Source: a virus
Lineage: Duplodnaviria; Caudoviricetes
IMG/VR virus record: IMGVR_UViG_3300017716_001227
Span: 1 to 35,131 of that record
Reading direction: 5' to 3' (one strand)
Length of the DNA stretch: 35,131 bases
The translations under genes and the position numbers were made by a program. The notes under the pieces are model-generated. The model was given only the letters and a program-made list of their open reading frames with translations, was not told where the DNA came from and searched no databases. Within the stretch, counting starts at the first letter, position 1. The number at the start of each line of letters is the position of its first letter. Positions 16,158 through 26,864 of this stretch are shown one piece after another.

Positions 16158-16592
16158 TTACGCATCGAATCGCGCATCGCCGCAGACCCACGAATAGCCG
16201 CTGACTTGCGCATCGCCGCTGACTTGCGCATTGCCGCAGACCAGCGCATCGCCGCTGAATTGCGCATAGCCGTAGACTTGCGCATCGCCGCTGAATTGCG
16301 CATCGCCGCTGACCCGCGCATCGCCGTAGACTTGCGCATCGCCACCGACCCGCGCATTGCCGTAGACCCGCGCATTGCCGCAGACCCGCGCATTGCCGCA
16401 GACCAGCGCATAGCCGTAGACTTGCGCATCGCCACCGACCCAGCAATCACCTTCTTGACTCAGGTTACGCTCGCCTTCGACCCAGCCGCCGTAACTGCCT
16501 GCTTGGACGTTGCCAAAGTCTTGAAGGGCTTGTATCAGGTAGAGCGTTACTTCGCCGTGCTTTTTAGTTTCTTCTGTTAGTTTGTATTTCAT
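16158..16592 (-). CDS. Hexapeptide-repeat (left-handed beta-helix) protein, tandem paralog
   Basis: Same MKYKLT N-domain and GDA/GNAxV repeats; first gene after the promoter. Confidence 0.85.
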   Translation of the reverse strand: MKYKLTEETKKHGEVTLYLIQALQDFGNVQAGSYGGWVEGERNLSQEGDCWVGGDAQVYGYALVCGNARVCGNARVYGNARVGGDAQVYGDARVSGDAQFSGDAQVYGYAQFSGDALVCGNAQVSGDAQVSGYSWVCGDARFDA

Positions 16593-16628
16593 AATTTTGT
16601 GGACGGAGGTTGTGCCATTCACAAGCTC

Positions 16629-16656
16629 AATCTACACGCTCCGATTATCGTGTCAA
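16629..16656 (-). promoter_or_regulatory. Sigma70-type promoter of the leftward DNA-metabolism operon
   Basis: Minus-strand TTGACA(16656-16651)-16 bp-TAGATT(16634-16629) with an A-rich upstream tract. Confidence 0.65.
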
Positions 16657-16691
16657 TAGATTTTTGTAATTTATTTTTATCGGTTACGATA

Positions 16692-16727
16692 ACAGAAAAC
16701 GCACCCCGAATTTCTCCGAGGTGCGTT
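16692..16727 (-). terminator. Intrinsic terminator of the late operon
   Basis: Minus strand AACGCACCTCGG-loop-TCGGGGTGCGTT followed by TTCTGTT. Confidence 0.75.
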
Positions 16728-16797
16728 CACCTAATGAATAACACATACACAAACCAGCGAAGTTTGCAGAGGCAATCTACATCAGCTTCGGCGGGTG

Positions 16798-19700
16798 TCA
16801 AGGCTTTTTCGCAGCAACCCTAACTTTGTTCTCCGCGATGTCCCTTGCACGATTACCGATTCGCTCAACAACTTTAGTGTAAGCCTCCGGTTTCATCGCA
16901 AAAAGCTTCTCGTAATTCTTCTTCATGGACTTCGTGAGAACCGCGCCATATTCCTTCGCAAACATCTCGTATTCTTTATTGGTTGGTTGCCTATCGAGCC
17001 TTTGTGCAAGCTGATTCCGAGTCGGTATGCTTGGCCCACCGCCCTGCTTCAAGACTAACTCATGGAGATTCACCGAATCTCTGTCAGTTGGGATGTCAAA
17101 AACAATCGGAACTCCGAGCTTGAATATTTTGTCAGCAGCATCGTTTGCCATCGCTGGTTCACCAAAAGCATTCAAGGATTTTGGTGCTACAGTAGGCCCG
17201 ATGAATGGGACGTTAGCCCACAATGCGCCTTCCAATGTCCGTCTATCTACTGGTTCGTTTAGAAAGTTCGATAGGTTACTTGCAAGGCTTGATCCCAGAA
17301 CAGGGATGATGGTCTTTGCGGGGAATGCGAGGCTCTTTGCCAAGCTCTCCACTCCGCGATCTCCATAGGCTTCAAATAGAGGTTTAGCTGCGAAGGCATA
17401 CGGGCCGCGACGAAGGGACGCACTCAATACATTCCCTGCCACGATAGCCGCATCCTGCATCTGGAGCGGAGTGTTGGTTGTCCGTCCCTGTTTCCTGCGG
17501 ATGTGCCAGTCATCTACCGCACCAAGCATCATGGCAGGCCAAGCGAAGACTTCAAATCCCCTCATGGTATTCAGAGTAAATTTGGTTTTGCCGAATTGAA
17601 CCCTCACAGTGTTCGGCCTATTATTCTTCACCCAAGAATCGTAATACTGCGGGTCTTCACTACGGAGAGGGCCGTTGCCAGTCACCACAATTTTGAATGG
17701 CTTCTCGTCATCTTCATCATCAGTTGAAGCTGACATCGCCGCACCGAATGCAAGCATGACCAAACTACCAGCGATAGTCTCAGTCAACCTTTGGCGGCGT
17801 TGGAGGTCGTTGCCTAAACTCTGGGCATACGGAGATGTTTTACCCATCTTCTTTGCAATGGAATCGTATGCAAAGCGGACTGCTCCATACGGAGAGAACC
17901 ATGCTGTCTCTCTCAGAACGCGAGCGGGAACGATTGCGAATCCGTAGATAATCCTGCTGAAAATTTTGATGAACTGACTATCCTGCCTATTCGCGGCGTT
18001 AGCCATCGTCTCAAGTAGCCAAATAGCAGGGAAGGATGTCACGCCATTATCTCGGATGTCAGTTTCCTCTTCACGGAATGCGTCGAGTGATTGCCTGTTT
18101 CTACCTACCGCTGACATAGCATCGTTGAGCGCGGCATCCATCACTTGTTGAGCGGGGAGCTTTGCGTCAGTCAAGGCTTGTCTCCATGCGGAGATGAAGA
18201 ACTCATCTGCAAGAACTGCTGCTTTATTTTTATCGGTTCCGATAGCGATCTGGTCGTTGTAGAAGTTTCGCTTTTCTTCCATCATGGCATTGAGCATCTT
18301 CGCCCCGTCCTTGCTGGACATTCCCTTTGCCTGCATCGCGGCCAAGGCATACTTGGATACCGATTGGTTCTGAAGAGAAGCGATAGCTCCGTAGTCAAGA
18401 GCATTCAAGACGCGACGAACATAATCCATCATACCGATCATCATGTTCTTTACCCCGTCTGCCCTATCGCGGGAAGTCTTGCCATTGTTGAATTGATCTA
18501 CGCCTTTCTTGTAGAGCTTCAAAAGTCCCTCATCATTCACCAAGTATTCGACGTTAGAATAAACTGTGACGTTGTTCTTGAAAGAGAAAGCAACTGTGTT
18601 TGCCCATGACTTGATTGAGTCAATAAAGGTAGTCAATGAAGCCGTGATTTGTTCTGGTCTTGCTGTTACCACACCATTTAGAGCTTGGGTAAGCGCATTC
18701 TTCACCGCTATACCAGCAGGCGAGAAGATGTTCACAGTCACAGTAGGGATACCACTCAATGCTTGTGCATCGTAGTATTGCCCGATGACATCCCTTGCTC
18801 TGATTGGTAGTTTGGCTTTAGAAATTACATCTTGGATTGCTTTGTGCGCTTCGGCTTTTGTTGCGTCAGCGGACTTAGGATCAGCAAGGATCGCGTCATA
18901 CTTGAGAAGAACTTTGTATTGCTCTGGAGTAAACCCAGTCCATCCATTCAATGCCGCCATGTCGCTCAATACATTCCTTGCTGGGTCTAATGCTCCAGCA
19001 CGGAGGGCTTGCAATACCTTCTGGAATGCTCTGCGGCTTCTGGTATCTCCAGTTTTCCAAGGTGCGGTCTTACTGATAGCATCTGTGAATGCCTGCTCCT
19101 GCGCCATCGTGAAGCGTTTCTGGAGCGAGATGTCCATCAACTTAGCAATCCTTTCAGACTGGGCAACATTCAATCCTGCTCTACGGAGGTAGTCACGCAT
19201 GACCTCATACCTCCAGTTAGGATTCTGTTGATCTTCCAGCGGAGTTTCTTTGATTGCTTTAACGATCTCCGAGATTGGCCCTTTCTCAATAGCTTTATTG
19301 ATGGAGGACAGTTCTCTTGAAAGGCTATTGATCTCATGCTGTCTCCAAACAATATCTGCCAGTGTTTCTGCTGCGGTTAGCTCTACGCCAGCTTCTTGTA
19401 GCTTGGCAACCAACATGGATTTCCAAGGAGCTTTGCGCCCCATGTCTGGCTTTTGTTTCAAGTCAGTGGATACGATAGCACGGACATCGTTTGCGGTCTG
19501 CCTTGCTGCCGCTGGATCGAATGAAGGCGTGTCAGACTGAATCTTGGCGAGCTTTTCAATCTCAGCGTCAGCTTGTTTTTGAACCTTCTTGTATTCTGTA
19601 TCAAGTTCTTCCTCCTCAGTCTTGCGCTGCTGAGTCTTCTTCTCGGTAGCTTTAGTGAACTCTTCGTTGATCTTACCAACCAAATCAGTCCCAGTTCTGC

Positions 19701-22700
19701 CGCCAACCGATTCAAGCTCATCAGTCAACTCTTGCTCGGTTACTTGTGGAGTCTTCTCTACCGCTGCATAGGCATCCTTGATGGATTTGATTTGTTCCTT
19801 AGTTGGGTTAGGCCCGTAGATGAACTCTGCTACATAGTTAGTGTAGGCATCCTGCTCGGCGCGGCCCATCATACTGAATCGAGCTTTCAACTCTGCCCTT
19901 GCTGCGAGCGTTCTACCCGCATCACTCGCTCCAATCATTGCAGTAGGTAGCCTGTTGATGTTTGCCATCATTATACCAAGCATCTTGCTATCACCTTCTG
20001 CCGCGAGTCTGATTGAATACTCAAACAAATCATTCACAAACAACGCTGCACCCATACTAATCTCACTTGCTGCGCCCGACTTATCTACCAATCTACCAAT
20101 GTCATTAAGTTCTTCGGCGTATGCCAATGCTTCTTTCCTATTTCCAGCCAGCTTCCCTAATGCGCGGAATGCTTCGGTAGTATTCTTCTCGGTTACTTTT
20201 GTAGGATCGAATTGCTTGCGGAGTAAATCTTTTGTTCTGGCGATGATAGCCTCTTGAGTTTCCACTTCCTCTCCCGCCTCTACACTCATTATTGTGGTGC
20301 GGCGAGTGGTTTTAGATGGTTTCTCACGACCTGTTGGTGCGGGTTCTACCGCTGACTTCTCTTCTACTTTTGCTTCCTCTGCTGGCTTTTCTGCGGATTT
20401 AGTTTTCTCGCCTATCTTACCCTTACCTACATTCACCGCACCAATCTCACCCTTTTTCGGAAGATACCCCATCAGTTCATTGAACTTCGCTGGCGCACCA
20501 CTCACTGCTTGCCATACTTCCCCAAGAAATTCTCTGACCGCATCACCGAATTGCTGGATCATCTGTTTAGCCCAAGTGCCAAACTCCATGCCAGCCTCGT
20601 AGATGTTCTGTCCTGCTTGGATGAAGTCTTCTTTGGTAGGGATTAGAACGCCGCCTTTTTCTCCGAGTTTTGGTTTACCTGCGGGTTGTGCGGCTGAAAG
20701 ACTTTTAACTTTTGCAACTAATTCATCAGGTGCAATTCCAGATCGAGCAACGCCATCCAAATCCATGAAAATATAACCAACTTTCCCATCCCCTTTTGGA
20801 TATGCGTATCCTTGAAAATCTTCATCAACTACTGCGCCAACTGGAAGTTGAGCTGGATCAACAAAATAGTTATCTGGAGTTTCAATAAAACCTTGTGTTA
20901 CACCAGAACTGCTTGGAGTTCCATTGCGATATGCACTTTTTTGATAATCATTTAGTGAATCAAATGATGGGAAACCTATGTCAGTTCTATCAAATCCCGC
21001 TGGCTCCGTTATCGTTTCCGATACTGCGGGGGTTGGTTGGTAGACATACAACTCGCCTTGCTTGACATAGCCTTCTGGGAGGGTGATGCCGTAGGTGTCA
21101 ACAGCGGATGCGGAAACTGGTCTGCGTCCTCCGTAGGACATGGTAGAAGCCGCAATCGTTGCTTTTTGGTTTTGGTTAAATACCCATTTCCCCCTTGTGG
21201 TTTGCGAGACAGAATAAGCGGTGGTCTTATTTAGCCCAAAACTTGCCAGCAACGCTTTTTCGGAGGGGGATTCCCCGCGAGCCAAAAACTGCGCCATAGC
21301 TGCTTCTGCTTTTTTCCTAGAAGCATAAATTTCACCGTCCGCGCTTTGCTTTTGGACTTTCGCTGCATCATATTCCTCCGGCGTCATCTGCTCTGGCTTG
21401 GTCACATCACGCTGGATAAGCGCAACCTCTGGCGCGGGAGCTTCTGCTGGTGCAGCAGAGGGAGCGGGGGCGGTCGCTTTCGCGGCCTCGGCAGCTGGTG
21501 TAGCTGCTCCAACTGGTTGTTCAGTTACCCCCGCTTTGAAAATATATTTACCACCTTCTTTAACATAACCTTTTGGTGGTTTAGTTTTTGAAACTTTTGC
21601 GCTCATTGCTGGCGCATTTGGGTCACGCAATGTTACTGGCTCAATCCTTACTCCTCCAACTGGGGCTTTGATATTGCCATCTCTGCCTCTACCTTTTTTT
21701 GGTTTCCAAGAATATGCAAACCCAGAATCGGATACATACAATTCCGCGTTTCCAGTCGGTGTTTCAATTATATCCCCTTCTCGGAATCCTTGTTTTTCTA
21801 AATGATTTGTGAGTGATTCGTTTGTTATCTTTGAAGCCTTGAATACCCTTACATCCTTTGGGTCGCGTTGCGTATATCCCAAGTCGGCGGCTTCTTCTAT
21901 TGTTACTTCTGCTGGTGCAGCTTGCTCGGTGACTGGTGCGGGAGTGGAAAGTTTTAATTCTACAAGCGCATCTTGAATGTCGTCTGGATGCGTGTTTGTT
22001 ATTATCTTTTCTTGAAGTTTAATATCTGAAACACCTTGTCTTTTAACTCCAACTCTTGATGCAAGTAAGTCTAACGATTCAGTTTCTTGAGATTCAATGA
22101 TTAGTTTTTGATATGCAGATAGATCATCCCATCTTTTAGATTCTTCTGGAGTTGGAATTGAAGAAACATTTTTTACCTTTGGAGGAACGACAACTTCTGG
22201 CGCGGCCTCTGCGATGGTTGGCGCAACCTCTGGCGCGGGAGCTTCTGCTGGTGCAGCTTGCTCGGTGACTGGTGCGGGAGAAATGTTTCTGCCAACTTGC
22301 TTGCCTTGCTGCATCGCCATGATGTCTTCGGTTGGATAACCAAAAATCGTAGATTTATTTCTCTCTTCAAGATAGGCTTTAGATTCCTCAACCGACATCC
22401 CGCTTGGCTTGGAAATGGGAACCTCTTTGACAACTGGTGCAGTTTCAGCTATTGGAGTTATTTCTTTTCCAACAGAATCAAGGATTACATTTTGTGCCGT
22501 TTCAATGTCTGGCAAACCAATCTGAATATCTTCCTTCTTTCCGTTTACAATTCTTTCTGCTCTGAATGTGCCATTAGAAGATTGCTGGACGGAATACCTT
22601 GTATCTCCATCGTAAGCAACTCCAGACATTTCAAGTTCATCTTTAAATTCTTGGCTTACTACTGGCTCAACTGGTGGCGTGACTACTTGCTCTACTGGCG

Positions 22701-24144
22701 CTTTAGTCCTCACAACTGGAATAGGCGTGACTCCCGGTATCACTTCTTTCCCCACCATAGACACAGGCGGTTCTTCGGTAACTATTGGCTTGGCAGGCGC
22801 GGCCTCCGTAGGTTGAACTGTCAACGATTGCTTGACAGTTGGCTCTGCGGGCGCGGCTTCTGGAGTGGTAATTGCTTTCGCCAATGCTGCCTGCTGTTCT
22901 TCTATTGTGGTTATCGGTTCCGATAAAAATTCTTCTCCAAGGGATTGCTTTAGTCCTGTAGCTTTCTTTTGCTCCTCGGATATTCGCATCCGCAATTGCT
23001 GCGCTTTTGGGTCAGTAGGCTCCAGCGTGTCTAACTCTTGCCTTAAAGAATCAATCGCGTTCTCGGATTGGTTAAGATCGTTGATAACCTTTTTGGTTGT
23101 AGAGTCAGTAGCGGAAAGTGATCTGGCTTCTCTATCTGCTGAACGATTGATGTCTTGTTCAGCTTTCTCTTCCGCTGAAAGAAATTCAACTCCCTTCAAC
23201 CCGCCACCAATAACACCGCCTGCCACCGCGCCCATAGTAGCTACTTGCGGAACATTCTGAAAGGTAGGAACATCCTTACCCTCTCTTTGTAGGGCGATGT
23301 TCTGTGATATTTGTTCTGCTGCCTCTTGAGTTCCCTCGGTCAAAGCCTCTACACCTCCAGCAGAAGCACCTTGCTTCAAGAACTCTCCAAGTGTTTTCTT
23401 TGTTACATCTTTTCCTCTACCAGTAAGAATGCGTGTTGCTATTCTCTCTGCTCCAGTTGATGCGGCCAATGCTCCAATTCCAGCGTTAGCAAGAATCAAA
23501 TCTAAGTTCTTACCACCATAGGATTGAGCTTCTGTAGCAGCACGATCAGCTTCAACTTCGTCAAGACCTTGCTCGCGGGAGTAGTCTCTGACTGATTGGT
23601 AGATGTCGCCTTTAATCGAGCCTGCCGCTTGAGCCGCGCCAATAGTAGCCTGCGCTCCAATTTGAACCGGTATTGATGCGCCTCCAGTCAATATGCCAGC
23701 AGCTAAAGACGGAAGCATATACCCCGCCATCTCTGGCCCAAGCGTCTCTGGAGATACAGCTACAGCTTTAAGACCAGCCATAACTTTATTGCCCAAACCT
23801 TTTCCTTCTGCCTCTTGGAACAAACGAGAAATTTCTTCTTTGTCTTGCTTCGCTTGAGCCGTAGTAAATTGGTCAATGTAGTCCTCTACTCCAGCAATCT
23901 CTTTAGACACCTTGTTATTTGCGCCAAATAGATCAGTAAACATCCTTACCGATCCAACTGCTGATTTCGCAAATGCACTGCCAGCCCTGCCAACTCCAGC
24001 TTCTAATTCTTCTGCTGCTGTTTGAAGTGTATCACCAATAGAAGTGCCTACTGGTTTTTCTATTCCGAGATATGAATCAGGATCAAATGACGTTTCTTTA
24101 ACGCCACCCCCTTCAGCAAGATAAGCGTCTGGATCAAAGGCCAT
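16798..24144 (-). CDS. Giant internal virion/DNA-ejection protein (2448 aa)
   Basis: FDPDAYL/FDPDSYL N-terminal repeats, Gly/Ala-rich hydrophobic helices, P/A/E-rich linkers, long helical C-terminal half; last gene of a podovirus-type tail operon. Confidence 0.75.
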   Translation of the reverse strand: MAFDPDAYLAEGGGVKETSFDPDSYLGIEKPVGTSIGDTLQTAAEELEAGVGRAGSAFAKSAVGSVRMFTDLFGANNKVSKEIAGVEDYIDQFTTAQAKQDKEEISRLFQEAEGKGLGNKVMAGLKAVAVSPETLGPEMAGYMLPSLAAGILTGGASIPVQIGAQATIGAAQAAGSIKGDIYQSVRDYSREQGLDEVEADRAATEAQSYGGKNLDLILANAGIGALAASTGAERIATRILTGRGKDVTKKTLGEFLKQGASAGGVEALTEGTQEAAEQISQNIALQREGKDVPTFQNVPQVATMGAVAGGVIGGGLKGVEFLSAEEKAEQDINRSADREARSLSATDSTTKKVINDLNQSENAIDSLRQELDTLEPTDPKAQQLRMRISEEQKKATGLKQSLGEEFLSEPITTIEEQQAALAKAITTPEAAPAEPTVKQSLTVQPTEAAPAKPIVTEEPPVSMVGKEVIPGVTPIPVVRTKAPVEQVVTPPVEPVVSQEFKDELEMSGVAYDGDTRYSVQQSSNGTFRAERIVNGKKEDIQIGLPDIETAQNVILDSVGKEITPIAETAPVVKEVPISKPSGMSVEESKAYLEERNKSTIFGYPTEDIMAMQQGKQVGRNISPAPVTEQAAPAEAPAPEVAPTIAEAAPEVVVPPKVKNVSSIPTPEESKRWDDLSAYQKLIIESQETESLDLLASRVGVKRQGVSDIKLQEKIITNTHPDDIQDALVELKLSTPAPVTEQAAPAEVTIEEAADLGYTQRDPKDVRVFKASKITNESLTNHLEKQGFREGDIIETPTGNAELYVSDSGFAYSWKPKKGRGRDGNIKAPVGGVRIEPVTLRDPNAPAMSAKVSKTKPPKGYVKEGGKYIFKAGVTEQPVGAATPAAEAAKATAPAPSAAPAEAPAPEVALIQRDVTKPEQMTPEEYDAAKVQKQSADGEIYASRKKAEAAMAQFLARGESPSEKALLASFGLNKTTAYSVSQTTRGKWVFNQNQKATIAASTMSYGGRRPVSASAVDTYGITLPEGYVKQGELYVYQPTPAVSETITEPAGFDRTDIGFPSFDSLNDYQKSAYRNGTPSSSGVTQGFIETPDNYFVDPAQLPVGAVVDEDFQGYAYPKGDGKVGYIFMDLDGVARSGIAPDELVAKVKSLSAAQPAGKPKLGEKGGVLIPTKEDFIQAGQNIYEAGMEFGTWAKQMIQQFGDAVREFLGEVWQAVSGAPAKFNELMGYLPKKGEIGAVNVGKGKIGEKTKSAEKPAEEAKVEEKSAVEPAPTGREKPSKTTRRTTIMSVEAGEEVETQEAIIARTKDLLRKQFDPTKVTEKNTTEAFRALGKLAGNRKEALAYAEELNDIGRLVDKSGAASEISMGAALFVNDLFEYSIRLAAEGDSKMLGIMMANINRLPTAMIGASDAGRTLAARAELKARFSMMGRAEQDAYTNYVAEFIYGPNPTKEQIKSIKDAYAAVEKTPQVTEQELTDELESVGGRTGTDLVGKINEEFTKATEKKTQQRKTEEEELDTEYKKVQKQADAEIEKLAKIQSDTPSFDPAAARQTANDVRAIVSTDLKQKPDMGRKAPWKSMLVAKLQEAGVELTAAETLADIVWRQHEINSLSRELSSINKAIEKGPISEIVKAIKETPLEDQQNPNWRYEVMRDYLRRAGLNVAQSERIAKLMDISLQKRFTMAQEQAFTDAISKTAPWKTGDTRSRRAFQKVLQALRAGALDPARNVLSDMAALNGWTGFTPEQYKVLLKYDAILADPKSADATKAEAHKAIQDVISKAKLPIRARDVIGQYYDAQALSGIPTVTVNIFSPAGIAVKNALTQALNGVVTARPEQITASLTTFIDSIKSWANTVAFSFKNNVTVYSNVEYLVNDEGLLKLYKKGVDQFNNGKTSRDRADGVKNMMIGMMDYVRRVLNALDYGAIASLQNQSVSKYALAAMQAKGMSSKDGAKMLNAMMEEKRNFYNDQIAIGTDKNKAAVLADEFFISAWRQALTDAKLPAQQVMDAALNDAMSAVGRNRQSLDAFREEETDIRDNGVTSFPAIWLLETMANAANRQDSQFIKIFSRIIYGFAIVPARVLRETAWFSPYGAVRFAYDSIAKKMGKTSPYAQSLGNDLQRRQRLTETIAGSLVMLAFGAAMSASTDDEDDEKPFKIVVTGNGPLRSEDPQYYDSWVKNNRPNTVRVQFGKTKFTLNTMRGFEVFAWPAMMLGAVDDWHIRRKQGRTTNTPLQMQDAAIVAGNVLSASLRRGPYAFAAKPLFEAYGDRGVESLAKSLAFPAKTIIPVLGSSLASNLSNFLNEPVDRRTLEGALWANVPFIGPTVAPKSLNAFGEPAMANDAADKIFKLGVPIVFDIPTDRDSVNLHELVLKQGGGPSIPTRNQLAQRLDRQPTNKEYEMFAKEYGAVLTKSMKKNYEKLFAMKPEAYTKVVERIGNRARDIAENKVRVAAKKP

Positions 24145-24148
24145 GTAA

Positions 24149-25642
24149 TTAAATTCCTAATCTTTGTTTGATTTGGTTTGCGCGAGGATCATTTGAATTC
24201 GCGTTAGCCCAGTCTAATGCTTGTTGATCCTTTGGCGAGAGTTTTTTTGCCGTTGCTGTTTTAGGTTGTGCGGCAGTCTTCAAGCGAATAAACTTAGCAT
24301 TGTGAACATTCGCAGCACCAGTTTGTGATCGTAATACTTTAATTTGATCTGCGGTAACTTGTGGAACTTCAATTTTAGTTTCTGGTTTTCCTCTAACTGA
24401 AAGTTCAACCATATTTTCCCCGCTTAATTCTCCCTTGCCTAATGGTAAAACATCAATAGCCAAAGCGTCATTTCCTGCTTGAGAAAGAAGATCACGAAGT
24501 TGCGGGTTTGAACTTACTTCAATCGAAGCATTCTGCCAATCTTGCAACCATCCAAGCGCAGCCTTAGCTTTTGGATCATTCTCAACTTCTGGTCTAAGGC
24601 TATAACTCTTTACTCCAGTTGAAGGATTAACATTTATACTTCCAACAATATATTGTTTGTATGCTTCTGGAATCTCAATAGCTCCAGCAAGACCCGGAAC
24701 TCCAATGCCTGCTTCTGAAGAAATCTCAATAAGACCTCTTCCTTTTGTTGGCTTATAGTTTGTCAGCATTTCTTTATTTGGGAAAAGAATGGAGTTGTTA
24801 TCCATCTCTGCTTTTTGTTTTTCAAATGGCAATGCCGCAAACTTATCTTCAAATTTAATGAACTTTTCAAGAACATTCTTAGGTGGGGGTGCTGATTGAA
24901 GATCAGGAAAAAGTGCGTTCTCTGGATTTGCGGGGTTAAGTGGGCCGCGAGCAAGGGGTGCTGGAGGATTATCTGCGGGTAACTTGGCCGCTGCTGCCGC
25001 ATCAATTTCATCCCTTGTTTGTGGAATTCCAGTTGGTGTAACTGCTGGCAATCCTGCTGCCGTTGCTTGAGTGGTAATTGATTTTGGTGTCATCCCCATG
25101 CCTCGTTGAGTTTGGATACCCTCTGTAGGAATTCGCAATCCGGGCAATCTACCTGCAACTACAGGGTTAACTCCCTCTGGATTTACTGTCTCATCAACTT
25201 CAACAACTCCACCATCACCACCATTCATGGTGTCTAAAATAGTTTGCGGGTCAAAAACATTATTTGTAGTTTTTGCAGCATAACGATCTTTATATGCCTG
25301 AATCTGACTCTGCCTCAAGAAGTCATCCGCTGCAATTTGATTCATCTTTATTCCAGCTTCCAATGCTGGCATCATAAACGGATTCCTCGCAACTGATGGG
25401 TCAGTCAAGAACGGCATCAGCTTCGCATACGCTTCCCCAGTCTTCCCTGATCCAGCAAGACTCATCGACTCCTGCATACTCTGCTGCAAGAATGGTAGCA
25501 TCTCCTGCGCTTGTTTCTGCTGCTCGCGTTGAGCTAAGGCTTGTCCTACATTCTGACCAAGTTTAGCCAAAGAATCTCCAACCCATGCGGTAGAATCCGA
25601 TGCGCGATTGGTTCCTGTCATTATGAGTTCTGCGATAGACAT
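24149..25642 (-). CDS. Putative internal virion/ejection protein
   Basis: GDSLAKLGQNVGQALAQREQQ N-terminus; middle of three genes in the ejection-protein position. Confidence 0.6.
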   Translation of the reverse strand: MSIAELIMTGTNRASDSTAWVGDSLAKLGQNVGQALAQREQQKQAQEMLPFLQQSMQESMSLAGSGKTGEAYAKLMPFLTDPSVARNPFMMPALEAGIKMNQIAADDFLRQSQIQAYKDRYAAKTTNNVFDPQTILDTMNGGDGGVVEVDETVNPEGVNPVVAGRLPGLRIPTEGIQTQRGMGMTPKSITTQATAAGLPAVTPTGIPQTRDEIDAAAAAKLPADNPPAPLARGPLNPANPENALFPDLQSAPPPKNVLEKFIKFEDKFAALPFEKQKAEMDNNSILFPNKEMLTNYKPTKGRGLIEISSEAGIGVPGLAGAIEIPEAYKQYIVGSINVNPSTGVKSYSLRPEVENDPKAKAALGWLQDWQNASIEVSSNPQLRDLLSQAGNDALAIDVLPLGKGELSGENMVELSVRGKPETKIEVPQVTADQIKVLRSQTGAANVHNAKFIRLKTAAQPKTATAKKLSPKDQQALDWANANSNDPRANQIKQRLGI

Positions 25643-25654
25643 AGTGATAAATTT

Positions 25655-26845
25655 TTATGTTGGAAGCGCAAATGGCCTGTCGCTCATTGATCCTGTTGCT
25701 GGACTACCGCCTAGATAAGTCCCGCCTGATGCTCGCGGCGTATTATACAATGGATATGATCCATAAGGATTATTTGCATACCCGCCCATTCCACCACCCA
25801 AGCCTTGTTGTGCTGCTGATGCGTAGCTCATTCCACTTAATCCACCATAAGCAGCCCGCCCAATGTCAGAGACACCTTGGCCGACTGCTTGCTGTGCGGC
25901 GTAACTTGCGGCTGCATTCTCTCTTTTCACATTGTAGATATTCTGCGCCTGCCCAGTCAATGCACCAAAGTTCCCTTGGTTAATCTGAGAGATAAGACCT
26001 TGTTGCTCCATAGCATTTTGTATGCCATATTGTTTTACTTGGATGTCTTGCCCTCTTCCTTGCAATCCTATCCCCATCATTTGCGGAACGTTTTGGGTGA
26101 ATGCACCAGCTAATTGCTGCCAACTTTGGGCTGTGTTTTGCAGTCCTCGGAAGCCTTCTGAAAGTCCAATGCTTGATGCCGCCAATCCCCTTTGCTGTTC
26201 GTTTACTCCGGGTGCTAATTGCATTCCAGCAATAATCCTTGCTTCGGAAGATTGTCTTAGTTGGTCAGCAAGTCCAGCCTGCGCTGTTTGAAATCCACCA
26301 GTCCTACCTGCCGTTGCTGGATTAAACCCTGCCCCTGACCTTTCAGCAATCGTTCGGTTGATTTGCTCTTGTTGAACTGGAGTGAGTTCACCCCTCAACA
26401 TACTTCCAACCACTCCTCGTTGCTGGTCAATCAACCCTTGGTTAGCTTGGAGGTTTTGATATTGCTGATTGAGATTATTTTCCCATTGCCCAATCGACTG
26501 CATTACTTGTCCTCTTGCTTGAGCGGAACCCGGAACAATGTTCTCGATTTGCTTTAAAGTATTTGCGGTAATTCTATTCGCCGCATTTATTGAATCAGTA
26601 GTCGCGTTTTGAAGATTAAATTCTGGAACCTTTAAGTTAGGATCAATCTTTGCTATGGCCTGCTTAACTTGATTCTGCTGGTCAATGAATTGACTTGTAG
26701 CTTTTGTAAGTTGCTTTTGATAACCCTTCCCCGCTTTACCTTGTGCTTTATTTGCCCTATCCGCTGCTGACATTGAGATAGCTGCTGATGCCCCTGCCGC
26801 TGCAACTCCTACAACTCCTGCCGCAATAGCGAATGCTGCACTCAT
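25655..26845 (-). CDS. Putative DNA-ejection (pilot-like) protein
   Basis: Ala/Gly hydrophobic N-terminus followed by a Gln/Gly/Ala-rich body. Confidence 0.65.
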   Translation of the reverse strand: MSAAFAIAAGVVGVAAAGASAAISMSAADRANKAQGKAGKGYQKQLTKATSQFIDQQNQVKQAIAKIDPNLKVPEFNLQNATTDSINAANRITANTLKQIENIVPGSAQARGQVMQSIGQWENNLNQQYQNLQANQGLIDQQRGVVGSMLRGELTPVQQEQINRTIAERSGAGFNPATAGRTGGFQTAQAGLADQLRQSSEARIIAGMQLAPGVNEQQRGLAASSIGLSEGFRGLQNTAQSWQQLAGAFTQNVPQMMGIGLQGRGQDIQVKQYGIQNAMEQQGLISQINQGNFGALTGQAQNIYNVKRENAAASYAAQQAVGQGVSDIGRAAYGGLSGMSYASAAQQGLGGGMGGYANNPYGSYPLYNTPRASGGTYLGGSPATGSMSDRPFALPT

Positions 26846-26864
26846 ATTTTTCCTCCTATAATTT

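Noticed and set aside
15692-16580. Overlapping ORFs (SAAMRG..., RRCAG..., RIAADPRIA...)
   Set aside because: Alternate-frame and antisense shadows of the 18-bp hexapeptide repeats
15645-16592. Diversity-generating retroelement TR/VR pair
   Set aside because: No reverse transcriptase in the window; differences are not adenine-specific; both copies are full genes
17027-23260. Many plus-strand ORFs opposite the giant gene
   Set aside because: Antisense shadows with no start context or recognisable motifs
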